Shown in pieces: positions 26,365 to 35,382 of a DNA stretch of 64,000 nucleotides. This DNA is from Planctomycetota bacterium (GTDB lineage: Bacteria; Planctomycetota; Phycisphaerae; Phycisphaerales; SM1A02). Made by a program: the position numbers and the translations under genes. Numbering within the stretch: position 1 is the first letter of the stretch; each line of letters begins with the position of its first letter. The notes under the pieces were generated by a model, which was given only the letters and a program-made list of their open reading frames with translations, was not told where the DNA came from and searched no databases. Location of the stretch: NCBI GenBank assembly GCA_026386795.1, contig JAPLMU010000129.1, positions 7,497 to 71,496 of the forward strand, read 5' to 3'.

Positions 26365-26945
26365 GTTCTCCGATGCACCCCGCTAGAAACGCCCTCATCC
26401 TCTTTACCGCCACGCTGGCTGCCACGGGCTGCCAGAACCCGAGTGCCACGCTCACTCACGCGGGTGATGATCCGATTCCGGATCTTGCAGCACCGGCGTT
26501 TGTGCCGATCGCGCGCGATGGTGGGCCGACGACCCTTGATGGCAAGGCGTTTGTTGCAAGCGCCCCGACTGCGCCGTCTGCCACCACGCTTGATCGCTCC
26601 GCATGGACAGAGACCGCCGTGCATCAGCCGCGCGGCCAAGTTGAAGTGCAGCCAAAGTACTACACGCTGTTTGAAGGGTTCTCAAAGGATCCGCGGGCGA
26701 CCGGCGCCTATCCGACCACCGCCACCGCACTCGCAACTGGCGGCGAAAGCGGCACCGCAGTGCAAGACTTGGCTGCACAACCAGCGATCAGCATGTTCTG
26801 GTTGGCAACGACGCCGGGTCAGATTATCTTTATGCCGCCGTGGGTCACGGTGCAACGCGAACCGATCGATGGCATCGAATGGATGCCGCCGAAATCAACA
26901 CCCGCGCCAGCCGCGCCAGTCGCGCCAACGGCGCCAAAGGAATGA
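26361..26945 (+). CDS. lipoprotein, unknown function
   Basis: MSSPMHPARNALILFTATLAATGC carries a lipobox. The start overlaps the recX stop by 4 bp. Confidence 0.55.
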   Translation: MSSPMHPARNALILFTATLAATGCQNPSATLTHAGDDPIPDLAAPAFVPIARDGGPTTLDGKAFVASAPTAPSATTLDRSAWTETAVHQPRGQVEVQPKYYTLFEGFSKDPRATGAYPTTATALATGGESGTAVQDLAAQPAISMFWLATTPGQIIFMPPWVTVQREPIDGIEWMPPKSTPAPAAPVAPTAPKE

Positions 26946-27322
26946 CTGTGCAGACGCTTGATGATCGTGGACTTCCTGCGGGCTACCCTTTCAATCCGGA
27001 CTGGGAAATTACGCCACGTGAATTTGTTCGCCGCCGTGATGCGGGCGAGATCATCGTTCTCCTCGATTGCCGTACCGCTTCTGAGCGTGACCTCGCCTCC
27101 ATTGACGGCGCCACGCATGTGCCGATGCACGAACTGAGCGCGCGGCTCGAAGGTCTGCGTTCGCACGAAGCCACGCCCGTAGTGGTTCACTGCCATCACG
27201 GCGCCCGGAGCCTGCAGGTGACGGCGGCCCTCCGCCAAGCGGGATTTGATGATGTCCGCAGCATGGCGGGCGGAATCCACCTGTGGTCGCTCGACATCGA
27301 CCCATCGGTTGCGGTCTACTGA
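26942..27322 (+). CDS. rhodanese-like domain protein
   Basis: IVLLDCRTASERD and the active-site loop VVVHCHHGARS. ATG 26942 overlaps the upstream stop (ATGA). Confidence 0.8.
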   Translation: MTVQTLDDRGLPAGYPFNPDWEITPREFVRRRDAGEIIVLLDCRTASERDLASIDGATHVPMHELSARLEGLRSHEATPVVVHCHHGARSLQVTAALRQAGFDDVRSMAGGIHLWSLDIDPSVAVY

Positions 27323-27326
27323 CGCC

Positions 27327-28220
27327 GTGCTCCGCCAACGACTCGTCACCGGAATTCTTCTGATCGTCGGACTCATTGTTGTTCTTTGGGGCGACGATCG
27401 TCTGTCCGATGCGCTCCGCCAGTCTGATGGCATTCGAAACATGATCGGCACCTCTGACGGTGTGCTGCTCATGGCGCTTGCCATATTGGCACTGGCACCA
27501 TTGCTCGCGCGCGAGCTGGCGGTGATGCTCCGCGGCGCGGGGATTGCGGCACCAACGGCGCTCACCGTGCTTGCTGCAGTGAGCGGCGTTATCGCGGTGC
27601 GGATGGCGCCGGCCTTTGATTCGGGAGTCACTGCAGTTGCGGTGACGGTCACCGCGCTGTGGGCGGTGTTCTCGTGCGCCATCATTGTGCATAGTCGCGA
27701 CGCGCAGATTGCAGGGGTTGTGGCAGCAACGGGAGGCACGCTCCTGTCATTTTCGTACATCGGGGTGCTGCTCGGCGCGTGGCTCTTAGTGCGCTGCCAA
27801 GTTGGTCCATGGGTGCTTGTTGGCGCGGTGCTCACTGTGAAGGCCAGCGACATCGGCGCATACTTCACGGGCATGTCTATTGGCAGGCACAAGATGATTC
27901 CGTGGCTCAGTCCCGCCAAGAGTTGGGAGGGGCTGTTCGGAGGAATTGCGTTCGCCGCCGTCATTGGAGGATTGCTCAGTTGGTGGAGCGACGCGCTCCC
28001 CGACCCGCGCGACCATATTCCGGTACTCCTCGGCACTGCCACCGGAGCGGTTCTCGGCGTGGTGGGAACCTTCGGCGATCTTGTCGAAAGCCTTCTGAAA
28101 CGCAGCGCGGGAGTGAAGGATTCCGGACAAGTGCTCCCCGGGATGGGCGGCGTGTTCGACGTAGTTGACAGCCCCCTGCTTGCCGGCCCCGTCGTCTGGT
28201 GGGCGCTGCATCTGCGCTGA
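27327..28220 (+). CDS. cdsA: phosphatidate cytidylyltransferase
   Basis: SDIGAYFTGMSIGRHKM, SPAKSWEG and GDLVESLLKRSAGVKDSG. A GTG start at 27327 lies just after the rhodanese stop. Confidence 0.9.
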   Translation: MLRQRLVTGILLIVGLIVVLWGDDRLSDALRQSDGIRNMIGTSDGVLLMALAILALAPLLARELAVMLRGAGIAAPTALTVLAAVSGVIAVRMAPAFDSGVTAVAVTVTALWAVFSCAIIVHSRDAQIAGVVAATGGTLLSFSYIGVLLGAWLLVRCQVGPWVLVGAVLTVKASDIGAYFTGMSIGRHKMIPWLSPAKSWEGLFGGIAFAAVIGGLLSWWSDALPDPRDHIPVLLGTATGAVLGVVGTFGDLVESLLKRSAGVKDSGQVLPGMGGVFDVVDSPLLAGPVVWWALHLR

Positions 28221-28296
28221 AATACCGGGGAATCTTCCGTATGCGCTGCAGAACCATGTACGATGCGCCCCCCGCGCCCGGCGCGGCAACCAACCT

Positions 28297-29097
28297 ATGA
28301 GTCTCATCGCCCACCTCCGCGCGCTCCACACCGTCGACAGCCAAGTCCGCGGAATCAAAACTCGATTCGAAAATGCAGAGGACGCCCTCAAGCGCAACCA
28401 GACGCAGCTTGAGGTGGTCTCCGGGAAGCGACGTGACCTTGAAGGGCAGTCCCGCCAAGTGCAGGCGATGATTTCCAACCTTGAACTCGAAGACAGCACT
28501 TTCAAAGAGCGCCTCGAGAACCTGCGCACGGAACTGAATACGTCTTCGAACACCAAGATCTACAACGCGTTGCGAGACGAGTTGAAAGTGGTCGAAGGCA
28601 AGCGCGACGAACTCGCCGAGCGAATCTTGGCGCAGATGGAGAACCTTGAGAAGTTGAAGAGGGAACTGACCACTACGGACACTCCGTCACAGGATCGCAC
28701 GCGCTTGCGCGATATGGCTCAGGCCACGCTCGCTGAAGCGAAGTCCGAGCTCGGCGGCCGACTGGCTGAACTTGAAGCCCAGCGCGGTCGCGCGGCTGAC
28801 CTCTTGAAGGAAGATGTCCGCGAAGCATTCGACGAAGCAGCAGACCGCAATGATGGCGAGGCGCTCGCCGAAGTGACCGTCGTCAGCCTGCGGCACCGCG
28901 AATTCGCGTGCGGCGGATGCAATGCCGAACTCCCGCTCGATGCCTACAGCCGCGTTGCGGCGCAGGCCGATCAGTTGGTGACTTGCCTGACCTGCGGGCG
29001 AATCCTCTACATGGATCAGATTCCTGATCGCCCAGGCGCAAAGAAGACCAAGGCCGCAGCAAAGGAAGCTGCGCTCGACCCCGATCAACTCGGCTGA
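28297..29097 (+). CDS. coiled-coil protein with C4 zinc ribbon (COG1579/DUF164-like)
   Basis: Long heptad-rich N-terminal part, then CGGCNAELP...CLTCGRILY. Confidence 0.7.
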   Translation: MSLIAHLRALHTVDSQVRGIKTRFENAEDALKRNQTQLEVVSGKRRDLEGQSRQVQAMISNLELEDSTFKERLENLRTELNTSSNTKIYNALRDELKVVEGKRDELAERILAQMENLEKLKRELTTTDTPSQDRTRLRDMAQATLAEAKSELGGRLAELEAQRGRAADLLKEDVREAFDEAADRNDGEALAEVTVVSLRHREFACGGCNAELPLDAYSRVAAQADQLVTCLTCGRILYMDQIPDRPGAKKTKAAAKEAALDPDQLG

Positions 29098-29162
29098 TGA
29101 TGCTGCTGATTGCGGGTTGTTGAAACATTGAGCGGCTTGGTCATCTGAACACGGAAGTTCGC

Positions 29163-30158
29163 ATGAGTCTCACACACAATCGAATCAATGATGTTTCTGC
29201 CCGGGGCTCCGCTGATCGCACGGCTCTGCCGGTGACGCAAGAGGATCACGCTGCACGAGCGAATGCCGCAATGCAGGCACAACGCCTGCGCGACCTCTGG
29301 TGCCAATCACGCGACCGAGCACGAACTGCGCCGGTTGGCTCGCCAGCATTCGCGCGCGTTGCCGATCTTGCCGCGTCCTTCGCAGCTATGGCGGTGCGAG
29401 CAGAGCAGCCCGCACAAGCAAGGGTTGTTGTTGGCGACGCGCTCACAACACTTCGCGCGGCCTGCTTGGCTGAAGACAAAGATGCGGCACGTCACTTGGC
29501 GTTCGCGCGGACACTTGAACTTGCAGCCGCGTATGAAGTAGCGGGCGGCGACGCGCGCGCTGCGTTCGATGCATTGCGTGCAGCCATCACAACCATCGGA
29601 CCGTTCAGCGCGGCCCTGCGGGAACCTGCCACGGACCCGCTCATGCGCATGTCGATCGCCAACGGATTGATGCGACCGATCACGACCGCAGCGCGCATGC
29701 TGAACGATGCCGAACAACGCACCATGGCTTTCCGACAGGTATGGGAAGAATCGCGCGCATGGGCCAAGGCTGCCCGAGGCGCGAGCGACCACGCCGCTGC
29801 GATTGAGATGGCTGTAGTTGCTGCATTCGAACTTGCCGTCGAGGAGCATGTGGATTCGGCAAGCGGGTGTCTTGAGCGCTGCGAGCAGTTGCGTCGACAC
29901 ATTGAGTCACTGCAAAAACTGCGTGGAGACGACGCCGTTGTACGCACGCATCGCGCGGCGTTTGCACGCCTTTCAGCGGATGCGTGGCAACGCCTTGGCG
30001 ACACTGCCGAGGCGGAACGTCTACTGAACGAAGCCGCTCGACACCTGAGCGAAGCTGCAACGAAGCCGGACGCCGATCAGCGCGAGTTGACCAAGCAGCG
30101 GGCTGCGCTGAGTGCGCAACGAATACGTCTCGCCGAGCGGTCAAGCGCGGCGGGCTGA
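29163..30158 (+). CDS. hypothetical all-alpha protein
   Basis: Coding-like composition and position inside a co-directional gene run. No motif recognised. Confidence 0.4.
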   Translation: MSLTHNRINDVSARGSADRTALPVTQEDHAARANAAMQAQRLRDLWCQSRDRARTAPVGSPAFARVADLAASFAAMAVRAEQPAQARVVVGDALTTLRAACLAEDKDAARHLAFARTLELAAAYEVAGGDARAAFDALRAAITTIGPFSAALREPATDPLMRMSIANGLMRPITTAARMLNDAEQRTMAFRQVWEESRAWAKAARGASDHAAAIEMAVVAAFELAVEEHVDSASGCLERCEQLRRHIESLQKLRGDDAVVRTHRAAFARLSADAWQRLGDTAEAERLLNEAARHLSEAATKPDADQRELTKQRAALSAQRIRLAERSSAAG

Positions 30159-30177
30159 TTTCCGTAGACTTGCAATC

Positions 30178-31110
30178 ATGGCAGCACCTGACGCCTGCAT
30201 TCGAACCCGTCTCGCTGGCGTGGAACTGACGTCGCCGATTGTGGCGGCGGCTGGAACGTGCGGCTATGTCGATGAGTTAGCCGACGCGTTCGACCTGCGC
30301 TGGTTGGGAGCGGTGACCACCAAGAGCATCACACCGGAAGAACGCGCGGGAAACGACCCGTGGCGCATCATTGATGTTCCGGGCGGAATGATGAACGCGA
30401 TTGGCCTTGCGAATGTTGGGCTCGGAAGATTTCTTGCCGAGAAGGTTCCGCACGCCGCGGGAGTCCCCTGCCCTGTGTTCGGTTCTGTGGCCGGCCACTC
30501 GGTAGCGGACTATGTTCGTGTGGCGGCTGCGTTCGATGCGAACACTGCATTCCCGATCATTGAATTGAATGTCAGTTGTCCGAACACTGCCACCGGTCTG
30601 CAATTTGGTGATGACCCCGCTGCGCTGAAGTCTTTGCTTGCCGAAGTGCGCCCGGTGGTGAAGCGTGCCAAGTTGTTTGTGAAGGTCAGTCCAAATGCGG
30701 ACGTAGTGAAACTCTCCGGTGCCGCAGTGGATGCGGGTGCGGATGGCTTGACGCTTGTGAACACAGTGACAGCCATGAGTATTGATGTGCACACGCGCCG
30801 TCCGCGCTTGTCACGCGGGCGCGGGGGGCTCAGCGGGCCGGCGATCCACCCGATTGCGGTACGAATGGTGCATGATGTTTATCGCGCGGTGGCCAAGCCT
30901 GCCGGCGTGCCGATCATCGGTCTTGGCGGCGTCTTGCGCTGGGAAGACGCGGCAGAATTCATACTTGTGGGTGCCAGCGCGGTGGGCGTTGGCACTGCGC
31001 TCTTTGTGGATCCACGAATTCCGGTAGCGCTCGCAAAGGGTCTTGCGAGTTGGGTGCGGGCACAAAAAGTGGCTTCAATCACAGACCTCGTTGGCGCTAT
31101 GGAAGGCTGA
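30178..31110 (+). CDS. pyrD: dihydroorotate dehydrogenase, class 1
   Basis: LTSPIVAAAGTCGY, MMNAIGLANVG, IELNVSCPNT and GGLSGPAIHPIA. Confidence 0.9.
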   Translation: MAAPDACIRTRLAGVELTSPIVAAAGTCGYVDELADAFDLRWLGAVTTKSITPEERAGNDPWRIIDVPGGMMNAIGLANVGLGRFLAEKVPHAAGVPCPVFGSVAGHSVADYVRVAAAFDANTAFPIIELNVSCPNTATGLQFGDDPAALKSLLAEVRPVVKRAKLFVKVSPNADVVKLSGAAVDAGADGLTLVNTVTAMSIDVHTRRPRLSRGRGGLSGPAIHPIAVRMVHDVYRAVAKPAGVPIIGLGGVLRWEDAAEFILVGASAVGVGTALFVDPRIPVALAKGLASWVRAQKVASITDLVGAMEG

Positions 31111-31111
31111 C

Positions 31112-31534
31112 ATGGTGCAAAAAGAACGCGAGCGGTTCGACGCATTGTTCGAAGATGTACTGAGTGCACTGCCGCCTGCGTTACACGCCATGCTCGAAGA
31201 GGTTCCGGTGGTCTTAGAAGATCACCCAACGCGTGGACTACTTGAAGAGTTAGGAATTGACCCCGCAGACCGCGCGAGTGTGTGCGGGTTGCACAGCGGC
31301 ACACCACTCACCGAACGAAGCGTGGAACACGGCGCCCTCCCGGATGTGATCACACTCTTCCGCGAAGGAATTGTGGACGAAGCCGGTGGATGGGAACCAT
31401 GGACGGACGAGGACGGCACGCAACTTGGTGGACCAGAACACGTCCACCGCGAAATCCGAATCACGCTGCTCCACGAAATCGGCCACCACTTCGGCCTCGA
31501 AGAAGACGACTTAGACCGCCTCGGATATGCGTAA
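31112..31534 (+). CDS. zincin-like metallopeptidase family protein (DUF1025-like)
   Basis: HEIGHHFGLEEDDL carries an HExxH motif. About 140 aa. Confidence 0.8.
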   Translation: MVQKERERFDALFEDVLSALPPALHAMLEEVPVVLEDHPTRGLLEELGIDPADRASVCGLHSGTPLTERSVEHGALPDVITLFREGIVDEAGGWEPWTDEDGTQLGGPEHVHREIRITLLHEIGHHFGLEEDDLDRLGYA

Positions 31535-31554
31535 ACGGAAGCGCCCCGCAAAGT

Positions 31555-31596
31555 GCATGCATGCATGCATGCATGCACGCACGCACGCACGCACGC
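31555..31596. repeat. compound tetranucleotide microsatellite (GCAT)5(GCAC)5GC
   Basis: Read directly from the sequence. Positions 31553-31578 form a perfect 26-bp palindrome, and 31553-31596 strictly alternate purine and pyrimidine. Confidence 0.95.
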
Positions 31597-31600
31597 CCAA

Positions 31601-31712
31601 CCTGGCCGCACTCGCCGGAGAGGACAGGGCCGCGCTCAGCGGCCGTCCTCGTAAGGCGATTGCGGGCCAGTAAGAGCGCCGGTTTGCCAACCCGCTCACC
31701 CTGGCCGCACTC
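31601..31712. repeat. 13-bp direct repeat CCTGGCCGCACTC at 31601-31613 and 31700-31712
   Basis: Exact 13-mer occurring twice, 99 bp apart. The match extends to 18/20 with the upstream 7 nt. The two copies flank the 31620-31650 hairpin. Confidence 0.9.
31620..31650. terminator. GC-rich stem-loop in a convergent intergenic region (candidate terminator without a U tract)
   Basis: GAGGAC/GTCCTC and GGCCGC/GCGGCC stems are separated by a 2-nt bulge, with a 5-nt loop. Confidence 0.3.
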
Positions 31713-31718
31713 AGTTGC

Positions 31719-32351
31719 TTACTTCAGGTCCGCGTCCACGCCGAGGTACTCGCGCATGTGCTGCTCGTACGTCTCTTGATCCTTATCACGGCTGAAATCA
31801 AGGCGCAGTTCATTGATGACCTTGGTCCCCTGCCCAATCCACTGCTTCCAAGTTTCCGCGCTGATGTTCTCAAAGATCCACTGTCCAACGGGACCACGGA
31901 ACGGCGGTTCCGCGAGCTTGTTCCCCGGCCGCCCTGTTCGCTGGCAAATGAATGTTCCAGAAGCCTTGAGACGCTCCGCAGCAGCGTCCACTTCCGCGGC
32001 AAGCTTCGGAGGCTCGCGACCGATCGATCGCAGAAGTTCGGCCATTGCGTTGCGCGGCATCATGTCGCCCTTGCGGGCGGCAGTTTCGTAGCCACGCGTC
32101 AGGACGTCAACCGCGCGGTCAGCCCAGCCCGCGCCGATCATTGCTTGACCCGCGAGTTGAAATGCCTTGCTCATGTCCGGAGCCAATTCCACGCACCGCT
32201 CGAAGCTGCGAGCAGCCTCCGCGTGTCGACCAGAATCAAGGTACGCCTTGCCGAGTGAGAAGTGCGCCATCTCGTTGGTCGGATCGGCTGATGCCATCTT
32301 CTCAAACTGGGCGATGCGGTCAACGGATTGGGGTGCGCCTGCGGTGCTCAT
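31719..32351 (-). CDS. TPR domain fused to a YggX-type Fe(2+)-trafficking domain
   Basis: N-terminal TPR (HFSLGKAYLDSGRHAEAARSFERCVELAPD). The C-terminus FICQRTGRPGNKLAEPPFRGPVGQWIFENISAETWKQWIGQGTKVINELRL aligns with E. coli YggX. Confidence 0.8.
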   Translation of the reverse strand: MSTAGAPQSVDRIAQFEKMASADPTNEMAHFSLGKAYLDSGRHAEAARSFERCVELAPDMSKAFQLAGQAMIGAGWADRAVDVLTRGYETAARKGDMMPRNAMAELLRSIGREPPKLAAEVDAAAERLKASGTFICQRTGRPGNKLAEPPFRGPVGQWIFENISAETWKQWIGQGTKVINELRLDFSRDKDQETYEQHMREYLGVDADLK

Positions 32352-34447
32352 GAACGGATCATAGGAGCGATAGCGCCAAGCGGTCGCACGGGTTTAGCAC
32401 CGCGCGCGGGACGAATCCAGTTTTTTCTGTGATACGCCCACCACTCAAGAACAAGCAATACAAGTGCGGCGGCTAACGCAAAGGGCCAGAGATCGCTCAG
32501 CGACCCGCCCTCGCTTCCTGTACCGAGTACTACCTGCGCCCCTACCGAAAGTTGATCAGCCGCAGCGATGCGGCCTTCACCCTCGGCTGTGTTCACCGCG
32601 AACATACGCCGCTGTTCTCCGCGATCATCTGTCCATCGGAACTCGTACGTGCCCGAGCGAACGAGCGGTCCATAGGTCACCGATCCCTCGCGCGCCTGCA
32701 ACGGCTGCGTTGTTCCGTCAGGAAGCGTCAGCATCGCCTCCTTCACCCCTGCCGCAGTGCGCACCGAAAGCGTTTCGCCAGGATGGTGCTCTTCCTGCAC
32801 TGCGGCCTGATCGAGTGCGCCGAGCCACTCCACCGCGTTCGCAATGAATGTCACGAAGCCGCGCTGAAATGGCCAGTTGGAATCCAGCGGCTCGAATGTT
32901 GTGATGACGGCCGCCACCGGACCACGCCGCGCGACAACTACGAGCGGCACATCCGGGCCTTCAACGATTGACTCAACATCCGAAGCAGGCGCGATCGCCG
33001 TTGCCCGAGCGATAAAGAGGTCATCGAGATTCACCGCATGCAGCAACGGATGCTCGCTGCGCTGCGAGCGCACCGAGAGTTTCTCCTTGCCTCCATACGG
33101 GTTGAGCCCTTCAATTCCCGCAGGAACGCCGAGCACTAAATAGCGGCCAGGCGGCAACTGCGCGGGAAGCGCAGCGGGCGTAGCGACGACTACGTCAAAC
33201 TCATCGCTCTTCACCCCGCGCGTTGCAAACTCGGCGGCGCTGAGAAACTCAACTTTCTCTGCAGGAATTGCCGTCACCACATTCTTCGTGGCGAAATCGA
33301 TCGAGCCGACAACCGCAATGCGCAAGCGCCGCGGCGCACTGACTGCAATGGACGCGCGATTGTCAGCGATCATCGAATCCGCACGCACCAATGAAACTGA
33401 AATCACTCCCGCGCGCGGCTGAATGATGGGCGGAAATGTCACGCGTTCGTAGCCTGGTTTATAAGGGGCCGACGCAGACCCGGCAGCCGTTGCGCTCACT
33501 GATGCGCCGCCCGTTCCCGCGAGCCCGTTACTCGCAGCGGGCACTTTCACCGGCTTCGGCGTCACTGATCGACGCACTCCGTCGATCGCCAACTCAAGGT
33601 CTGTCTCAATTGCCTCCGGACCGTCGTTGCGAACGGTGACAAACACCTGAATCACGCCGGGTTCCGTAGCGCTTCGCTCAGCGGCAATTCCTTCGATGCC
33701 AACATTCGCCCCGTCAGCACGACCGCACACGTGATAGGCAACCGTTTCTCCAGGACGAATCGCCTCCGCCGCGAGGTCCGCGATCCGACCATCAGACCAC
33801 AGTTCAAGCGAAGCCCCCTCACTTGGCGTGGCCCCCTGCGTCTCCGGGTTTACCACGGTCGCAAATGCGCGAGCGAGTGACAGCGCATCACCGATTCGAC
33901 TTCCTCCATCAGTCTGCTCAATGCGATCAACGGCGCGCTTCAAGTCACCACTTGAACGCGTGAAGGGCTGCATGATCTTGGCGGTGTCGGAAAAACTGAT
34001 GACCATCGTCTCGCCAGGAATCGTCGAGAACAACCCGCCTGCGAACAATTGGTCGATGCGTTCCTTCGCTTGCGTCTTCGCAATCGCAAGGCGAGACTTC
34101 TCGCCGTCGAGGTCCGTTGCCGACATCGATGCCGACGCGTCAATGATGATGACCGTTCGTCCACTCGATGACAGCCCAAGATCCATCCGCGGCTGCATCA
34201 GCGCAAATGCAACAAATGCAAGAAGTCCAAGTTGCAAGAAGAGCAACACGCTCGGACGCAAGCGCTGAAACGGCGTGTTTGCGCGCACATCTTCAACGCT
34301 GCGTTTCCAAAGCAATGTGCTGGGGACCGCCGTCGCTCGACGCCGCAACTTGAGAAAATACAGAGCGACGAGCAGCGGCACCAACACGGCGGCAATGGCG
34401 GCACCAATCAATGGCGTCATCCAGACAATGGCGAGCATTGCACTCAT
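32348..34447 (-). CDS. BatA-type membrane protein: N-terminal double-TM aerotolerance-regulator domain plus VWA domain
   Basis: LVPLLVALYFLKLRRR...PSTLLW at the N-terminus, VWA MIDAS-like VIIIDASASMS, and a C-terminal TM. Confidence 0.75.
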   Translation of the reverse strand: MSAMLAIVWMTPLIGAAIAAVLVPLLVALYFLKLRRRATAVPSTLLWKRSVEDVRANTPFQRLRPSVLLFLQLGLLAFVAFALMQPRMDLGLSSSGRTVIIIDASASMSATDLDGEKSRLAIAKTQAKERIDQLFAGGLFSTIPGETMVISFSDTAKIMQPFTRSSGDLKRAVDRIEQTDGGSRIGDALSLARAFATVVNPETQGATPSEGASLELWSDGRIADLAAEAIRPGETVAYHVCGRADGANVGIEGIAAERSATEPGVIQVFVTVRNDGPEAIETDLELAIDGVRRSVTPKPVKVPAASNGLAGTGGASVSATAAGSASAPYKPGYERVTFPPIIQPRAGVISVSLVRADSMIADNRASIAVSAPRRLRIAVVGSIDFATKNVVTAIPAEKVEFLSAAEFATRGVKSDEFDVVVATPAALPAQLPPGRYLVLGVPAGIEGLNPYGGKEKLSVRSQRSEHPLLHAVNLDDLFIARATAIAPASDVESIVEGPDVPLVVVARRGPVAAVITTFEPLDSNWPFQRGFVTFIANAVEWLGALDQAAVQEEHHPGETLSVRTAAGVKEAMLTLPDGTTQPLQAREGSVTYGPLVRSGTYEFRWTDDRGEQRRMFAVNTAEGEGRIAAADQLSVGAQVVLGTGSEGGSLSDLWPFALAAALVLLVLEWWAYHRKNWIRPARGAKPVRPLGAIAPMIRS

Positions 34448-35382
34448 TGCACGAGCCCTCGCTGGCGCAGGTATTCCAAGAGAAGCGCGTCGATTTCGGT
34501 GGAAGTGTCAACCACCATATGCATAATTGAGCGCCGAATTGCAAAGTCGCGTAGCCCCGCGCACCAAGCACCGAGATTCGCCCGATACTGTTCAACCAAT
34601 CCCGGGCTTGCCGTGACTTCGGCTTCGTCGCGGTCTTCCGCGTCAGTCAAACGCCAATCGCCAACAAGCCCATGTGCGCCGGGATCAATTTCCTGGGGCG
34701 CAAGCGTCTGCATGCACCAAAGGTCATAGCCGCGCCCTGCAACATAGCGAAGGCCTTTTTCGTACCCATCTTTGATCAAGAAGTCACTGACAACCACCAT
34801 CACGCCGCGCCCCTGCCGAGCGAGGGCGAGTGCCTTCATTGATTCTTCAAATGATCCGGTACCGCCGGACTTGAGATTCAAGATCCACTTGCCCATCTCT
34901 GATGTCTTGCGACGTCCACGCAGATTGGAAATCTTCTGCATGCCGCCCTCGCCGCCAAACGCAGCGATCGTCACGCGATTGTGATTGACAAGGCCGATGT
35001 AGCCAAGTGCCATTGCCAATCGCTGCGCAAACACCATTTTGTTTGGGTCGCCCCAATCCATGGATGCGCTTGTGTCAATGGCAATGACGAGCGAAAGATC
35101 CTCCTCTTCAAGAAAGATCTTGAGGAAGAGCCGATCAAGGCGTCCAAAAATGTTCCAGTCGATGAAGCGCAGGTCGTCACCGTGAACGTAGGGGCGGAAG
35201 TCAGCAAATTCAACGCTCTGACCGCGGCGCTTGGAACGGCGTTCGCCCTGAATCTTGCCAGTGAATATCTTGCGACTCACCACATCAAGTTGTCCGATGC
35301 GCGCCATCAATGCTGCATCAATGAGGTCATCAACGCGTTCTGGACGCTTGCGACTCGGTTGTCCCTGGAAGAACAAGCTCAT
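34444..35382 (-). CDS. DUF58 domain protein
   Basis: FADFRPYVHGDDLRFIDWN is the family hallmark. It sits directly downstream of MoxR. Confidence 0.9.
   Translation of the reverse strand: MSLFFQGQPSRKRPERVDDLIDAALMARIGQLDVVSRKIFTGKIQGERRSKRRGQSVEFADFRPYVHGDDLRFIDWNIFGRLDRLFLKIFLEEEDLSLVIAIDTSASMDWGDPNKMVFAQRLAMALGYIGLVNHNRVTIAAFGGEGGMQKISNLRGRRKTSEMGKWILNLKSGGTGSFEESMKALALARQGRGVMVVVSDFLIKDGYEKGLRYVAGRGYDLWCMQTLAPQEIDPGAHGLVGDWRLTDAEDRDEAEVTASPGLVEQYRANLGAWCAGLRDFAIRRSIMHMVVDTSTEIDALLLEYLRQRGLVQ

Noticed and set aside
26819-28042. 407-aa minus-strand ORF antisense to the rhodanese and cdsA genes
   Set aside because: Ser/Thr/Ala/Arg-rich, low-complexity translation. The plus-strand genes carry clear catalytic motifs. 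I treat it as a shadow ORF.
31553-31712. Possibility that the repeats in this intergenic region are a CRISPR array or a phase-variation switch
   Set aside because: The repeat units are 4 bp or a single 13-bp pair, with no repeat-spacer periodicity and no cas genes. The region lies between convergent 3' ends, so it cannot shift a reading frame or a promoter spacing.
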